Virus record (IMG/VR): IMGVR_UViG_2537562091_000004
Length of the DNA stretch: 38,555 nt
Strand: one strand, 5' to 3'
From: a virus
Lineage: Duplodnaviria > Heunggongvirae > Uroviricota > Caudoviricetes
Positions within the stretch are counted from its first letter, which is position 1, and every line of letters starts with the position of its first letter. Of the stretch, positions 26,620 to 38,270 are shown piece by piece. A program made the position numbers and the translations under genes. The notes beneath the pieces are model-generated. The model had not been told where the DNA came from. It saw nothing but the letters and a program-made list of their open reading frames with translations, and did no database searches.

Positions 26620-26945
26620 AAACCTTTCGCTGGAAAGTGAAGCCGGATATGGAGGTGAACTCGCAGCCATCGGTGCGTGAAGTGCGTTTTGGTGACGGGT
26701 ACTCACAGCGTATGGCGGCAGGGCTGAATGCTGACCTGAAAACATACAGGGTGACGCTTTCCGTGACCCGGGAGGAGGCCCGGCATCTGGAAGCGTTCCT
26801 GGCAGAGCACGGTGGCTGGAAGGCATTTTTGTGGAAGCCACCCTATGCATACCGGCAGATAAAGGTGACCTGTGCCGGGTGGTCTGCGCGGGTCGGGATG
26901 TTGCGCGTTGAGTTCAGCGCGGAGTTTAAGCAGGTGGTGAACTGA
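26616..26945 (+). CDS. M: Minor tail protein gpM
   Basis: 109 aa, MKTFRWKVKPDMEV...VRFGDGYSQR...LRVEFSAEFKQVVN resembles lambda M. Confidence 0.9.
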   Translation: MKTFRWKVKPDMEVNSQPSVREVRFGDGYSQRMAAGLNADLKTYRVTLSVTREEARHLEAFLAEHGGWKAFLWKPPYAYRQIKVTCAGWSARVGMLRVEFSAEFKQVVN

Positions 26946-27643
26946 TGCAGGATATTCGAGAAGAAAGTCTGAACGAGTCGGTTAAGTCAGAGCAGTCACC
27001 GCGGGTGGTACTCTGGGAAATCGACCTGACGATACAGGGTGGTGAGCGGTATTTTTTCTGTAATGAGCTGAATGAAAAAGGGGAGCCGGTCACCTGGCAG
27101 GGGCGTAAGTATGAGGCATACCCGATTGACGGCAGCGGCTTTGAGATGAACGGCCGGGGCAGCAGTGCCAGACCGTCGCTGACGGTGTCCAATCTGTTCG
27201 GTCTGGTCACCGGGATGGCGGAAGACCTGCAGAGTCTGGTGGGGGCCACGGTGGTCCGCCGCCGGGTGTATGCCCGTTTTCTGGATGCGGTGAATTTCGT
27301 TGCGGGCAATCCGGAGGCGGACCCGGAGCAGGAGCTGAGTGACCGCTGGGTGGTGGAGCAGATGTCGCAGCTGACAGCCATGACGGCCTCGTTTGTGCTG
27401 GCTACACCGACCGAGACGGACGGGGCGCTGTTTCCCGGTCGCATCATGCTGGCGAACACCTGTATGTGGGATTACCGGGGAGATGAATGCGGGTATAACG
27501 GTCCTGCGGTGGCGGATGAGTTCGACAACCCCACCACGGATATCCGTAAGGACAGATGCAGCAAGTGCATGCGCGGGTGTGAACTGCGCAGGAATGTCGG
27601 CAATTTTGGCGGTTTCCTTTCCATTAATAAACTTTCGCAGTAA
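26945..27643 (+). CDS. L: Minor tail protein gpL
   Basis: 232 aa, MQDIREESLNE...VVLWEIDLT...GGERYFFCNE...FGGFLSINKLSQ resembles lambda L. Confidence 0.9.
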   Translation: MQDIREESLNESVKSEQSPRVVLWEIDLTIQGGERYFFCNELNEKGEPVTWQGRKYEAYPIDGSGFEMNGRGSSARPSLTVSNLFGLVTGMAEDLQSLVGATVVRRRVYARFLDAVNFVAGNPEADPEQELSDRWVVEQMSQLTAMTASFVLATPTETDGALFPGRIMLANTCMWDYRGDECGYNGPAVADEFDNPTTDIRKDRCSKCMRGCELRRNVGNFGGFLSINKLSQ

Positions 27644-27653
27644 ATCCCGGTTT

Positions 27654-28397
27654 ATGACACAGACTGAATCAGCGATTCTGGCGCATGCCCGGCGGTGTGC
27701 GCCTGCGGAGTCGTGCGGCTTCGTGATAAGCACGCCGGAGGGGGAGTGGTATATCCCTTGTGTGAATATTTCTGCAGAGCCGGAGGCGTATTTTCGTATC
27801 GCACCGGAAGACTGGCTGCGGGCAGAGATGCAGGGGGAGATTGTGGCACTGGTCCACAGTCATCCCGGTGGGCTGCCCTGGCTGAGCGAGGCTGACCGGC
27901 GGCTGCAGATAAAAAGCGCACTGCCCTGGTGGCTGGTCTGCCGGGGTGACATTCACAAATTCCGCTGTGTGCCACATCTGACAGGACGGCGCTTTGAGCA
28001 CGGGGTGACGGACTGTTACACGCTGTTCCGGGATGCTTATCATCTGGCGGGGACTGAAATGCCGGATTTTCATCGCGAGGATGACTGGTGGCGCAACGGC
28101 CAGAACCTTTACCTGGACAATATGGCGGTCACCGGCTTTTACCGGGTGCCCCTGTCCTCTGCACAGGCGGGCGATATTCTGCTGTGCTGCTTTGGTGCTT
28201 CGGTACCGAACCATGCCGCCATTTACTGCGGCAACGGTGAGCTGCTTCACCATCTGCCTGAACAACTGAGTAAACGGGAGAGGTATTCCGAAAAATGGCA
28301 ACGACGAACGCATTCTGTCTGGCGTCACCGCCACTGGCACGCATCTGCCTTCACGGGGATTTACAACGATTTGGCCGCCGCCTCAGCCTGTATGTGA
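27654..28397 (+). CDS. K: Tail tip assembly protein gpK (MPN/JAB plus NlpC/P60-like domains)
   Basis: About 247 aa from the ATG at 27654 (MTQTESAILAHARRCAPAESCGFV...HSHPGG); the upstream part of the track ORF overlaps L. Confidence 0.85.
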   Translation: MTQTESAILAHARRCAPAESCGFVISTPEGEWYIPCVNISAEPEAYFRIAPEDWLRAEMQGEIVALVHSHPGGLPWLSEADRRLQIKSALPWWLVCRGDIHKFRCVPHLTGRRFEHGVTDCYTLFRDAYHLAGTEMPDFHREDDWWRNGQNLYLDNMAVTGFYRVPLSSAQAGDILLCCFGASVPNHAAIYCGNGELLHHLPEQLSKRERYSEKWQRRTHSVWRHRHWHASAFTGIYNDLAAASACM

Positions 28398-28975
28398 ACA
28401 CGGCAGCGGAAGCCATCCGGGCGCTGTCGTTACAGGTGCCGGGCTTTCGCCGTCAGATGAACGAAGGCTGGTACCAGATACGTATTGCCGGTTATGACAC
28501 GGCACCGGAGGCGGTGTACGCCCGTCTTCACGAACAGCTGGGTGAGGGAACGGTCATCCATATTGTGCCGCGACTGGCCGGGGCCGGAAAGGGTGGACTG
28601 CAGATTGTGCTGGGGGCGGCAGCCATCGTGGGCTCTTTCTTCACTGCCGGTGCCTCGATGGCGTTATGGGGTACAGCCCTGAGTGCCGGCGGTTTTTCTG
28701 CCACCACGATGCTGTTTTCACTGGGGGCCAGCATGATACTGGGCGGTGTGGCCCAGATGCTGGCCCCGAAGGCAAAAACACCGGAGTACAAAAGCACGGA
28801 TAACGGTAAACAGAACACGTACTTTTCCTCCCTGGATAACATGATTGCCCAGGGTAACCCGATGCCGGTGCCTTACGGGGAAATGCTGGTTGGCTCCCGC
28901 CGTATATCCCAGGACATCAGTACCCGTGATGAAGGCGGGGGCGGAAAGGTCGTGGTTATCGGGCGGCAGGGGTAA
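28295..28975 (+). CDS. I: Tail assembly protein gpI
   Basis: 226 aa, ARICLHGDLQRFGRR...GKQNTYFSSLDNMIAQGNPMPVPYGEM resembles lambda I. Confidence 0.85.
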   Translation: MATTNAFCLASPPLARICLHGDLQRFGRRLSLYVNTAAEAIRALSLQVPGFRRQMNEGWYQIRIAGYDTAPEAVYARLHEQLGEGTVIHIVPRLAGAGKGGLQIVLGAAAIVGSFFTAGASMALWGTALSAGGFSATTMLFSLGASMILGGVAQMLAPKAKTPEYKSTDNGKQNTYFSSLDNMIAQGNPMPVPYGEMLVGSRRISQDISTRDEGGGGKVVVIGRQG

Positions 28976-29180
28976 AAAGAATAAAAAAATCCCGCAGTGA
29001 TCGCGGACAGGAACTGCGGGAGAGTTACGAAGATTAAGTGTAAGGAATTATTCTTATATCACGACAAAAAAATTAACGCAGAGAAATTATACGCGCCACA
29101 GTCAGTTTGTGAAAATGTGAAGATATTCAGAATTTTTATGCCATTACCGGTTTTAACCAACAGGATTATCGGTGGGCATG

Positions 29181-29221
29181 AAAGAAAACCCCGGTATCTG
29201 CTGATACCGGGGTTTCTCTTT
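29181..29221. terminator. Strong terminator-like hairpin inside an unusual I-J intergenic insert
   Basis: 10 bp perfect stem ccccggtatc / gataccgggg with a 4 nt loop, flanked by an A-run upstream and tttctcttt downstream. Confidence 0.45.
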
Positions 29222-29318
29222 AGCATGGCAGAAATGTGTTTCATGCTTTTCGGGCGAAGGATATCCGACTTCTGTACGGAATGGCAAGTGGCGGTTAATT
29301 TATTCAGGGGAAGGCTGT

Positions 29319-32300
29319 ATGGGAAAAGGTGGCGGTAAGGCACACACGCCTCGTGAGGCGAAGGATAATCTCAAATCCACGCAGATGATGAGTGTGATTG
29401 ATGCGATTGGTGAGGGACCGATAGAAGGTCCGGTGAAGGGACTGCAGAGTATTCTGGTGAACAAAACCCCACTGACGGACACGGACGGCAATCCCGTGAT
29501 ACACGGTGTGACGGCGGTCTGGCGCGCCGGGGAGCAGGAGCAGACACCACCGGAAGGCTTTGAGTCCTCCGGAGCTGAAACCGGACTGGGCGTGGAAGTG
29601 ACGAAGGCAAAACCGGTGACGCGCACCATTACGTCCGCGAACATTGACCGCCTGCGGGTTACCTTCGGGGTGCAGTCACTGGTGGAGACCACCTCAAAGG
29701 GTGACCGTAACCCGGCATCCGTCCGCCTGCTGATTCAGTTACAGCGTAACGGTAACTGGGTGACAGAAAAGGACGTCACCATTAACGGCAAGACCACCTC
29801 ACAGTTCCTGGCCTCGGTGATTCTGGATAATCTGCCTCCCCGGCCCTTTAACATCCGGATGGTCAGGGAGACGGCGGACAGCACCACGGACCAGCTGCAG
29901 AATAAGACGCTGTGGTCGTCATACACCGAAATCATCGATGTGAAACAGTGCTACCCGAACACGGCCATTGTGGGGCTGCAGGTGGATGCGGAGCAGTTCG
30001 GCGGCCAGCAGATGACGGTGAACTACCATATCCGCGGTCGCATCATCCAGGTGCCGTCAAACTATGACCCGGAAAAACGCACGTACAGTGGTATCTGGGA
30101 CGGCAGCCTGAAACCGGCATACAGCAACAACCCGGCCTGGTGTCTGTGGGACATGCTGACTCACCCGCGCTACGGCATGGGAAAACGTCTGGGGGCGGCG
30201 GATGTGGACAAGTGGGCGCTGTATGCCATCGGGCAGTACTGCGACCAGACGGTCCCGGATGGTTTCGGGGGGACCGAGCCGCGGATGACCTTTAATGCGT
30301 ACCTGGCACAACAGCGTAAGGCGTGGGACGTTCTCAGTGATTTCTGCTCTGCGATGCGCTGTATGCCGGTATGGAACGGCCAGACGCTGACGTTCGTTCA
30401 GGACCGTCCGTCGGATGTGGTGTGGCCGTACACCAACAGCGATGTGGTGGTGGATGATAACGGCGTGGGTTTCCGCTACAGCTTCAGTGCCCTGAAGGAC
30501 CGGCACACGGCAGTGGAGGTGAATTACACCGACCCGCAGAACGGCTGGCAGACCTCCACGGAACTGGTGGAAGACCCGGAAGCCATACTGCGCTACGGAC
30601 GCAACCTGCTGAAGATGGACGCGTTCGGCTGTACCAGCCGCGGTCAGGCCCACCGTGCCGGACTGTGGGTGATAAAGACCGAACTGCTGGAAACGCAGAC
30701 GGTGGATTTCACGCTCGGGTCTCAGGGGCTGCGGCACACACCCGGTGACATTATTGAAATCTGTGATAATGACTATGCCGGGACCCTGACCGGCGGACGT
30801 GTCCTGTCCATTGATGCTGCCACCCGCACCCTGACGCTGGACCGTGAAGTGACACTTCCGGAGACCGGTGCCGCCACGGTGAACCTGATTAACGGCAGCG
30901 GTAAGCCGGTGAGTGTGGACATCACCGAACACCCCGCGCCGGACCGGATACAGGTCAGTACCCTGCCTGATGGTGTGGAGACATACGGGGTGTGGGGACT
31001 CTCCCTGCCGTCACTGCGCCGTCGTCTGTTCCGCTGTGTCTCCGTCCGGGAAAACACGGACGGCACCTTTGCCATCACGGCGGTGCAGCACGTACCGGAA
31101 AAAGAAGCCATCGTGGATAACGGTGCCCGCTTTGAGCCGCAGTCAGGTTCCCTGAACAGCGTCATCCCACCGGCAGTGCAGCACCTGACGGTGGAGGTGA
31201 GCGCAGCTGACGGCCAGTATCTGGCGCAGGCGAAATGGGACACGCCGCGGGTGGTGAAGGGTGTGCGCTTCAGTCTGCGCCTGACCAGTGGTAAGGGAAC
31301 GGATGCCAGACTGGTGACCACCGCCATCACCGCAGACACGGAGCACCGTTTCAGCGGCCTGCCGCTCGGGGAATACACCCTGACGGTGCGGGCGATAAAC
31401 AGCTATGGCCAGCAGGGTGAACCTGCCACCACCACCTTCCGGATTACCGCACCGGCAGCACCGTCGCGGATTGAGCTGACGCCGGGCTATTTTCAGATAA
31501 CCGCAACGCCACATCTTGCCGTTTATGACCCGACGGTACAGTTTGAGTTCTGGTTCTCGGAAAAGCGGATTGCGGATATCAGGCAGGTTGAAACCGCAGC
31601 CCGCTATCTTGGCTCGGCGCTGTACTGGATAGCTGCCAGTATCAATATCAAACCGGGCCATGATTATTATTTTTATATCCGCAGTGTGAATACTGTTGGC
31701 AAATCGGCATTCGTGGCGGCTGTCGGTCGGGCGAGCGATGATGCGGAAGGTTACCTGGATTTTTTCAAAGGAGAAATCGGGAAAACACATCTGGCCCAGG
31801 AGCTGTGGACGCAGATTGATAACGGTCAGCTTGCGCCGGACCTGGCTGAAATCAGGACGTCCATTACGAATGTCAGCAATGAAATCACGCAGACCGTCAA
31901 TAAAAAACTGGAAAATCAGAGTGCGGCAATCCAGCAGATACAGAAAGTTCAGGTTGATACAAATAATAACCTGAACAGCATGTGGGCCGTGAAACTGCAG
32001 CAGATGCAGGACGGACGCCTTTATATTGCGGGTATCGGTGCCGGTATTGAGAATACGCCAGCAGGAATGCAGAGTCAGGTGCTGCTGGCGGCAGACAGGA
32101 TTGCGATGATTAATCCTGCGAATGGCAACACAAAGCCGATGTTTGTTGGTCAGGGCGATCAGATATTTATGAATGAAGTGTTCCTGAAATATCTGACGGC
32201 TCCCACCATTACCAGCGGCGGTAATCCTCCGGCATTTTCCCTGACACCGGACGGGCGGCTGACGACGAAAAATGCCGATATCAGCGGTAACGTGAATGCG

Positions 32301-32792
32301 AACTCCGGGACGCTCAACAACGTCACGATTAACGAGAACTGTCGGGTTCTGGGAAAATTGTCCGCGAACCAGATTGAAGGCGATCTCGTTAAAACAGTGG
32401 GCAAAGCTTTCCCCCGGGACTCCCGTGCACCGGAGCGGTGGCCATCAGGAACCATTACCGTCAGGGTTTATGACGATCAGCCGTTTGACCGGCAGATTGT
32501 TATTCCGGCGGTGGCATTCAGCGGCGCTAAACATGAGAAAGAGCATACTGATATTTACTCCTCATGCCGTCTGATAGTGCGGAAAAACGGTGCTGAAATT
32601 TATAACCGTACCGCGCTGGATAATACGCTGATTTACAGTGGTGTTATTGATATGCCTGCCGGTCACGGTCACATGACACTGGAGTTTTCGGTGTCAGCAT
32701 GGCTGGTAAATAACTGGTATCCCACAGCAAGTATCAGCGATTTGCTGGTTGTGGTGATGAAGAAAGCCACTGCAGGCATCACGATTAGCTGA
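29319..32792 (+). CDS. J: Tail tip / host specificity protein gpJ (central tail fibre)
   Basis: 1157 aa ORF with lambda-J-like blocks; largest tail ORF, between I and lom. Confidence 0.9.
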   Translation: MGKGGGKAHTPREAKDNLKSTQMMSVIDAIGEGPIEGPVKGLQSILVNKTPLTDTDGNPVIHGVTAVWRAGEQEQTPPEGFESSGAETGLGVEVTKAKPVTRTITSANIDRLRVTFGVQSLVETTSKGDRNPASVRLLIQLQRNGNWVTEKDVTINGKTTSQFLASVILDNLPPRPFNIRMVRETADSTTDQLQNKTLWSSYTEIIDVKQCYPNTAIVGLQVDAEQFGGQQMTVNYHIRGRIIQVPSNYDPEKRTYSGIWDGSLKPAYSNNPAWCLWDMLTHPRYGMGKRLGAADVDKWALYAIGQYCDQTVPDGFGGTEPRMTFNAYLAQQRKAWDVLSDFCSAMRCMPVWNGQTLTFVQDRPSDVVWPYTNSDVVVDDNGVGFRYSFSALKDRHTAVEVNYTDPQNGWQTSTELVEDPEAILRYGRNLLKMDAFGCTSRGQAHRAGLWVIKTELLETQTVDFTLGSQGLRHTPGDIIEICDNDYAGTLTGGRVLSIDAATRTLTLDREVTLPETGAATVNLINGSGKPVSVDITEHPAPDRIQVSTLPDGVETYGVWGLSLPSLRRRLFRCVSVRENTDGTFAITAVQHVPEKEAIVDNGARFEPQSGSLNSVIPPAVQHLTVEVSAADGQYLAQAKWDTPRVVKGVRFSLRLTSGKGTDARLVTTAITADTEHRFSGLPLGEYTLTVRAINSYGQQGEPATTTFRITAPAAPSRIELTPGYFQITATPHLAVYDPTVQFEFWFSEKRIADIRQVETAARYLGSALYWIAASINIKPGHDYYFYIRSVNTVGKSAFVAAVGRASDDAEGYLDFFKGEIGKTHLAQELWTQIDNGQLAPDLAEIRTSITNVSNEITQTVNKKLENQSAAIQQIQKVQVDTNNNLNSMWAVKLQQMQDGRLYIAGIGAGIENTPAGMQSQVLLAADRIAMINPANGNTKPMFVGQGDQIFMNEVFLKYLTAPTITSGGNPPAFSLTPDGRLTTKNADISGNVNANSGTLNNVTINENCRVLGKLSANQIEGDLVKTVGKAFPRDSRAPERWPSGTITVRVYDDQPFDRQIVIPAVAFSGAKHEKEHTDIYSSCRLIVRKNGAEIYNRTALDNTLIYSGVIDMPAGHGHMTLEFSVSAWLVNNWYPTASISDLLVVVMKKATAGITIS

Positions 32793-32811
32793 ATTTTATA
32801 ACCCAGATACG

Positions 32812-32836
32812 GGCGCCAGAAATGGCGCCTTTTTTA
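32812..32836 (+). terminator. Intrinsic terminator after J
   Basis: ggcgcca-gaaa-tggcgcc hairpin (GNRA loop) followed by ttttttt. Confidence 0.65.
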
Positions 32837-32859
32837 TTGCAGAAAAGCGAGAGGTAATT

Positions 32860-33459
32860 ATGCGTAAATTATGTGCTGTTATTTTGTCCGCAGTAGTCTG
32901 GCAGGTCGCCGCTGCTACGCCAGCGAGTGCAGCAGAACATCAGTCCACGCTGAGCGCGGGGTATCTCCATGCCTCGACGAACGTTCCCGGTAGTGATGAT
33001 CTGAACGGGATTAACGTGAAATACCGTTATGAGTTTACGGACGCGCTGGGGCTGATTACGTCCTTCAGTTATGCCAATGCTGAGGATGAGCAAAAAACGC
33101 GCTACAGCGATACCCGCTGGCATGAAGATTCCGTGCGTAACCGCTGGTTCAGCGTGATGGCGGGGCCGTCTGTACGCGTGAATGAATGGTTCAGCGCGTA
33201 TGCGATGGCGGGTGTGGCTTACAGCCGTGTATCGACTTTCTCCGGGGATTATCTCCGCGTAACTGACAACAAGGGGAAAACGCACGATGTGCTGACCGAA
33301 AGTGATGACGGTCGCCACAGCAACACGTCTCTGGCGTGGGGGGCTGGCGTGCAGTTTAACCCGACCGAATCCGTGACCATTGACCTTGCTTATGAAGGTT
33401 CCGGTAGTGGCGACTGGCGAACGGATGCATTTATTGTTGGTATCGGATACCGTTTCTGA
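32860..33459 (+). CDS. lom: Lom outer-membrane protein (Ail/Lom family beta-barrel), lysogenic-conversion gene
   Basis: 199 aa with signal peptide and ...EHQSTLSAGYLHASTN...GINVKYRYEF...FIVGIGYRF, closely resembling lambda Lom. Confidence 0.9.
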   Translation: MRKLCAVILSAVVWQVAAATPASAAEHQSTLSAGYLHASTNVPGSDDLNGINVKYRYEFTDALGLITSFSYANAEDEQKTRYSDTRWHEDSVRNRWFSVMAGPSVRVNEWFSAYAMAGVAYSRVSTFSGDYLRVTDNKGKTHDVLTESDDGRHSNTSLAWGAGVQFNPTESVTIDLAYEGSGSGDWRTDAFIVGIGYRF

Positions 33460-33565
33460 CAACAGACGCCGATTTATCTTCTGTAAATATTGTTATGATA
33501 CGCAGGTTCATCCACCTTATGGGGTGAACTGCGTTTGAGGAAACGTAAAGTTACACTGTCCTGAA

Positions 33566-33597
33566 GCCCGTGGCGTCACTGCTGCGGGCTTTTTTTA
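33566..33597 (+). terminator. Putative intrinsic terminator after lom
   Basis: gcccg...cgggc hairpin followed by tttttttatt. Confidence 0.45.
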
Positions 33598-33610
33598 TTG
33601 GTGGAAAAGT

Positions 33611-36600
33611 ATGACAGTAAAAATTTCTGGCGTGCTTAAAGATGGCACAGGAAAACCAGTACAGAACTGCACCATTGTGCTGAAGGCCAGACGAACCAGC
33701 AGCACGGTGGTGGTGAACACGGTGGCCTCTGAAAATCCGGATGAAGCCGGACGTTACAGCATGGATGTTGAGCATGGTCAGTACAGCGTCACCCTGCTGG
33801 TTGAAGGTTTTCCGCCTTCACATGCCGGGACCATTACCGTCTATGAAGGTTCCAGACCAGGTACGCTGAATGATTTTCTCGGTGCCATGACGGAGGATGA
33901 TGTCCGACCGGAGGCACTGCGCCGCTTTGAGCAGATGGTGGAAGAGGTGTCACGTAACGCCTCCGCGGTTGCACAGAATACGGCAGCCGCGAAAAAATCA
34001 GCCAGCGATGCCAGTGCATCAGCCAGCGAGGCGGCAACTCATGCAACCGATGCTGCAGCCTCAGCACGTGCCGCCAGCACGTCAGCCGGACAGGCCGCGT
34101 CGTCGGCTCAGTCAGCGTCTTCCAGCGCAGGAACGGCATCGACAAAGGCCCGTGAAGCAGCAAAAAGTGCTGCTGCTGCAGAGTCATCAAAAAGCGCGGC
34201 AGCTACCAGCGCCAGTGCCGCGAAAACGTCAGAAACGAATGCCGCAGCATCACAAAAATCGGCAGCCACTTCTGCATCCACAGCGACCACGAAGGCGTCA
34301 GAAGCTGCCACCTCGGCACGGGGTGCGGCGGCCTCAAAAGAGGCAGCGAAATCTTCAGAAACGAATGCATCATCAAGTGCCAGTAGTGCAGCTTCCTCGG
34401 CAACGGCGGCAGGAAATTCCGCGAAGGCGGCAAAAACGTCCGAGACGAACGCTAAGTCTTCTGAAACAGCAGCGGGACAGAGCGCCTCAGCTGCGGCAGG
34501 TTCAAAAACAGCGGCTGCATTATCTGCCAGTGCCGCGTCAACAAGTGCCGGGCAGGCCTCAGCCAGTGCCACCGCCGCCGGAAAATCGGCAGAAAGCGCC
34601 GCATCATCCGCTTCAACAGCCACAACGAAGGCTGGCAAAGCCACTGAGCAAGCCACTGCAGCAGCGAGGTCTGCTTCTGCAGCAAAAACCTCTGAAACAA
34701 ATGCAAAGACTTCAGCAGACAATGCTGCTTCCTCTAAGGCGGCAGCCGCATCGTCAGCCAGTTCAGCGGCGTCATCGGCATCATCTGCGTCTGCTTCAAA
34801 AGATGAGGCGACCAGACAAGCGTCAGCAGCGAAAGGTAGTGCCACGACAGCAACAACGAAAGCATCAGAGGCGGCAGGCAGTGCGACGGCTGCATCTCAG
34901 AGCAAAGTTGCTGCTGAATCCGCGGCAACGCGCGCCGAGACAGCAGCAAAACGGGCAGAGGATATTGCATCCGCCGTGGCGCTGGAGGATGCGAGCACGA
35001 CGAAAAAGGGGATAGTACAGCTCAGCAGTGCAACAAACAGCACCAGTGAAAAGCTGGCGGCAACGCCAAAGGCAGTTAAAACTGTTAAAGATAGTTCAGT
35101 TCAAAAAACTGGCGACACAATGGGAGGGCAGTTAAAAATCAGCACGATAAATGCTCTTCGAATATTCAACCAAGCCTTTGGCCTTATTTTTAGGCGTTCC
35201 GAAGATCATCTTCATCTTATTCCGACTAATGAAGGGGAGGGGGAAAATGGAGACATCGGTTCATTAAGACCATTCTCTATAAACTTAAGATCAGGGTTGG
35301 TGTCCATCGGTAATGGACTAAAAGTTGGTGGTAGTGTTACTGGTAATTTGACCGGAAACGCAGATACTGCGACCAAGATCAAGACAGCACGTAAGATTGG
35401 GGGCGTGGCATTTGATGGATCGGCAGATATCAACTTGCCTGGAGTCAACGCTACCGGTAATCAAAACACTACAGGTAATGCTGCGACCGCCACGAAACTT
35501 CAGGCAGCCAGAACGATTAACGGTGTGTCATTTGATGGTAGTGCAAATATCACATTGACCCCTTCAAATATTGGGGCATTGGCATTAACTGGAGGGACTC
35601 TTTCAGGTGGTTTAACTGCTGCTGGTGAGGTTATTTCAAGGTCAGCAAATGGTCTGCGTATTGCCTATGGCAACTATGGATTCTTTATCCGAAATGATGG
35701 ATCAAACACATATTTTATGTTGACAGATTCGGGTAACAGTCTTGGTACGCACAATAGCTTAAGGCCGTTTATAATTAGTAACCATACTGGCAATGTTACA
35801 ATTGCAACTAAATTAAACGCGAGTGGTGGTATCACTGGATCTTTATCGGGTAATGCAAGCACAGCAACCAAATTGCAAACTGCAAGGACAATTAACGGCG
35901 TAAAATTTGACGGCTCGGCAAATATTGAAGCGTTTCCGCCAGGTGTTCCGCTGCCGTGGCCATCAGATACACCACCTGCAGGTTATGCAATCATGCAGGG
36001 GCAGACGTTTGATAAGGCAGCATATCCGAAACTGGCTATTGCCTATCCTTCAGGTGTTATTCCAGATATGCGCGGCTGGACAATCAAGGGCAAACCCGCC
36101 AGTGGCCGGGCCGTATTGTCTCAGGAACAGGACGGCATTAAATCGCACACCCACAGCGCCAGCGCATCCAGTACGGATTTGGGGACGAAAACCACATCGT
36201 CGTTTGATTACGGCACTAAATCCACGAATAACACCGGGGCGCATACGCACAGTCTGAGTGGCTCTACGGGGTCTGCCGGCGTTCATACTCATGGTAATGG
36301 TATTCGTTGGCCAGGAGGCGGCGGTTCTGCGTTAGCATTTTATGATGGCGGTGGGTTCACTTATGTCCAGAATTCACAGTATCAAGTAAGCCCGGAGACT
36401 TCTTCCTATAGATCGTATTATCAACGTATTCAGACACAGTCAGCAGGTGCTCATACCCACTCGCTGTCTGGTACTGCAGCAAGTTCTGGCGCACATGCAC
36501 ATACTGTAGGTATTGGTGCGCATACGCACTCCGTTGCGATTGGTTCACATGGACACACCATCACCGTTAACGCTGCGGGTAACGCGGAAAACACCGTCAA

Positions 36601-36637
36601 AAACATCGCATTTAACTATATTGTGAGGCTTGCATAA
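33611..36637 (+). CDS. stf: Side tail fibre protein (StfR/Stf-like) with long Ala/Ser-rich repeat region and His-rich C-terminal domain
   Basis: 1008 aa; N-terminus [22 protein letters not shown]..., A/S-rich repeats in the middle, C-terminal GAHTHSLSG...[31 protein letters not shown]. Confidence 0.85.
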   Translation: MTVKISGVLKDGTGKPVQNCTIVLKARRTSSTVVVNTVASENPDEAGRYSMDVEHGQYSVTLLVEGFPPSHAGTITVYEGSRPGTLNDFLGAMTEDDVRPEALRRFEQMVEEVSRNASAVAQNTAAAKKSASDASASASEAATHATDAAASARAASTSAGQAASSAQSASSSAGTASTKAREAAKSAAAAESSKSAAATSASAAKTSETNAAASQKSAATSASTATTKASEAATSARGAAASKEAAKSSETNASSSASSAASSATAAGNSAKAAKTSETNAKSSETAAGQSASAAAGSKTAAALSASAASTSAGQASASATAAGKSAESAASSASTATTKAGKATEQATAAARSASAAKTSETNAKTSADNAASSKAAAASSASSAASSASSASASKDEATRQASAAKGSATTATTKASEAAGSATAASQSKVAAESAATRAETAAKRAEDIASAVALEDASTTKKGIVQLSSATNSTSEKLAATPKAVKTVKDSSVQKTGDTMGGQLKISTINALRIFNQAFGLIFRRSEDHLHLIPTNEGEGENGDIGSLRPFSINLRSGLVSIGNGLKVGGSVTGNLTGNADTATKIKTARKIGGVAFDGSADINLPGVNATGNQNTTGNAATATKLQAARTINGVSFDGSANITLTPSNIGALALTGGTLSGGLTAAGEVISRSANGLRIAYGNYGFFIRNDGSNTYFMLTDSGNSLGTHNSLRPFIISNHTGNVTIATKLNASGGITGSLSGNASTATKLQTARTINGVKFDGSANIEAFPPGVPLPWPSDTPPAGYAIMQGQTFDKAAYPKLAIAYPSGVIPDMRGWTIKGKPASGRAVLSQEQDGIKSHTHSASASSTDLGTKTTSSFDYGTKSTNNTGAHTHSLSGSTGSAGVHTHGNGIRWPGGGGSALAFYDGGGFTYVQNSQYQVSPETSSYRSYYQRIQTQSAGAHTHSLSGTAASSGAHAHTVGIGAHTHSVAIGSHGHTITVNAAGNAENTVKNIAFNYIVRLA

Positions 36638-37221
36638 TGGCATTCAGAATGAGTGAACAAGCACGGACCATAAAAATTTATAATCTGCTGGCCGGAACTA
36701 ATGAATTTATTGGTGAAGGTGACGCATATATTCCGCCTCATACAGGTCTGCCAGCAAACAGTACCGATATTGCACCACCAGATATTCCTGCTGGCTTTGT
36801 GGCTGTTTTCAACAGTGATGAGGCATCGTGGCATCTCGTTGAAGACCATCGGGGTAAAACGGTTTATGACGTAGCGTCAGGGGACGAGTTATTTATTTCT
36901 GAACTCGGTCCGTTACCGGAAAATGTTACCTGGTTATCGCCGGAAGGGGAGTTTTAGAAGTGGAACGGCACAGCCTGGGTGAAGGATACGGAAGCAGAAA
37001 AACTGTTCCGGATCCGGGAGGCGGAAGAAACAAAAAACAACCTGATGCAGGTAGCCAGTGAGCATATTGCGCCGCTTCAGGATGCTGCAGATCTGGAAAT
37101 TGCAACGGAGGAAGAAACCTCATTGCTGGAAGCCTGGAAAAAGTATCGGGTATTGCTGAACCGTGTTGATACATCAACTGCACCTGATATTGAGTGGCCT
37201 GTAAATCCTGTCAGGGAGTAA
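36637..37221 (+). pseudogene. tfa: Tail fibre assembly protein Tfa interrupted by an in-frame TAG (36955-36957)
   Basis: ORFs 36637..36957 and 36979..37221 are in the same frame; lambda-Tfa-like sequence is continuous across the stop (…[24 protein letters not shown]…). Confidence 0.75.
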
Positions 37222-37270
37222 TCATTGGGATTATGCCGCAGCACGTCTTAAGCAAGAACGTGCTGCGGTT
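37056..37270 (+). repeat. Direct repeat copy 1 (tfa 3' end plus downstream hairpin ccgcagcacgt...acgtgctgcgg)
   Basis: About 215 bp region repeated at 38106-38320 with high identity, including the imperfect palindrome after the stop codon. Confidence 0.7.
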
Positions 37271-37275
37271 GGATG

Positions 37276-37944
37276 CTATTTTTTCCCTGAAGCGGAAAAC
37301 ATTACTACAGTACCTTGAACCTTGGTTTTAACATTCTCGAAATGCTCTGAGAGTATATGTGTTAAGCCTTCTTCGGAATCTTTTGTGTTTGAAAAGATGC
37401 CTTTCTGATTGTAAATGCGCATCAGTTTTTGACCGAAGCTATTGTGCACAACTCCATCGCCAAGAATTGTGGCTCCGTATAGAGTTCCATCGTCAGTTAA
37501 GGCCTGCGCCGCATTGCGTATTACACAGCTTTTTGTAGATATATTTCCAGGCAGGCAGTGAAGAAGGTAAAACATGGAAATGGAATCAAATTGACCATGT
37601 AACGCCGCGGGATAAGGTTCAAAAACATCATGGCTAATTTTATGTTTAATTTTTGATTCCCCAGCCCTTGTAGATGCCGCGTTCAGGCTAGCTTCGTTCA
37701 AATCCATTAAAGATATCAGACTACTCTCAGGTACGTGAGTAAGGTAAAACCCAGTTCCAACACCAATATCCAGATGGTTGTTACCTACATGTTCCAGAAA
37801 GTGTGGAAGAAGGTGTTCCTTTGTAGGACATCCCCATGCAAGCCGATTTGATACTCCCAAAACCCACCAGTCATAAAGCTTTAGGGTAAGTGGTGTATAA
37901 ATTTTAGCCCCATCATCTGTGTTTTTTTTCATTGATTTCACCAT
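37276..37944 (-). CDS. Class I SAM-dependent methyltransferase (AT-rich cargo gene on the opposite strand)
   Basis: 222 aa; SAM-binding motif I LDIGVGTGFY; lower GC than neighbours; substrate cannot be assigned from sequence. Confidence 0.7.
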   Translation of the reverse strand: MVKSMKKNTDDGAKIYTPLTLKLYDWWVLGVSNRLAWGCPTKEHLLPHFLEHVGNNHLDIGVGTGFYLTHVPESSLISLMDLNEASLNAASTRAGESKIKHKISHDVFEPYPAALHGQFDSISMFYLLHCLPGNISTKSCVIRNAAQALTDDGTLYGATILGDGVVHNSFGQKLMRIYNQKGIFSNTKDSEEGLTHILSEHFENVKTKVQGTVVMFSASGKK

Positions 37945-38000
37945 GTTATAGTTTTATTTGTGAATTAAATCAATTATGGCGATGAATTACAAGGGGTTAA

Positions 38001-38270
38001 ATGCTGCCGCAGCATAGCGATATTGAAATAGCCTGGTATGCTTCGATACAGCAGGAGCCGAATGGCTGGAAGATCGTCACCACACAGTTCTACATCCAGG
38101 AATTCAGTGAGTATATTGCGCCACTGCAGGATGCTGTAGATCTGGAAATCGCAACGGAGGAAGAAAGATCGTTGCTGGAGGCATGGAATAAATATCGGGT
38201 ATTGTTGAATCGTGTTGATACATCAACTGCACCTGATATTGAGTGGCCTGCAAATCCTGTCAGGGAGTAA
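38001..38270 (+). CDS. Truncated alternative tail-fibre-assembly (Tfa) C-terminal domain ORF
   Basis: 89 aa; last ~50 aa ([52 protein letters not shown]) duplicate the tfa C-terminus; N-terminus is unrelated. Confidence 0.45.
   Translation: MLPQHSDIEIAWYASIQQEPNGWKIVTTQFYIQEFSEYIAPLQDAVDLEIATEEERSLLEAWNKYRVLLNRVDTSTAPDIEWPANPVRE

Noticed and set aside
26996-27733. 245 aa minus-strand ORF and other long antisense ORFs in the tail region (for example 30057..30932, 30773..31378, 31143..31790)
   Set aside because: All are antisense to gpL, gpK or gpJ, which are strongly supported on the + strand; no independent signals.
33897-35015. 372 aa Arg/Pro/Gln-rich ORF in a + strand alternative frame, and the Ala-rich minus-strand ORF 34108..34845
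   Set aside because: Both fall within the Ala/Ser-rich repeat region of the side tail fibre gene; frame-shifted translations of GC-rich repeats give long artefactual ORFs.
37276-37944. Considered whether the minus-strand SAM-methyltransferase is a T3SS effector of the NleE/OspZ cysteine-methyltransferase type
   Set aside because: No resemblance to NleE as I recall it; the protein has a classical class I Rossmann motif I, so it is called only as a generic SAM-methyltransferase.
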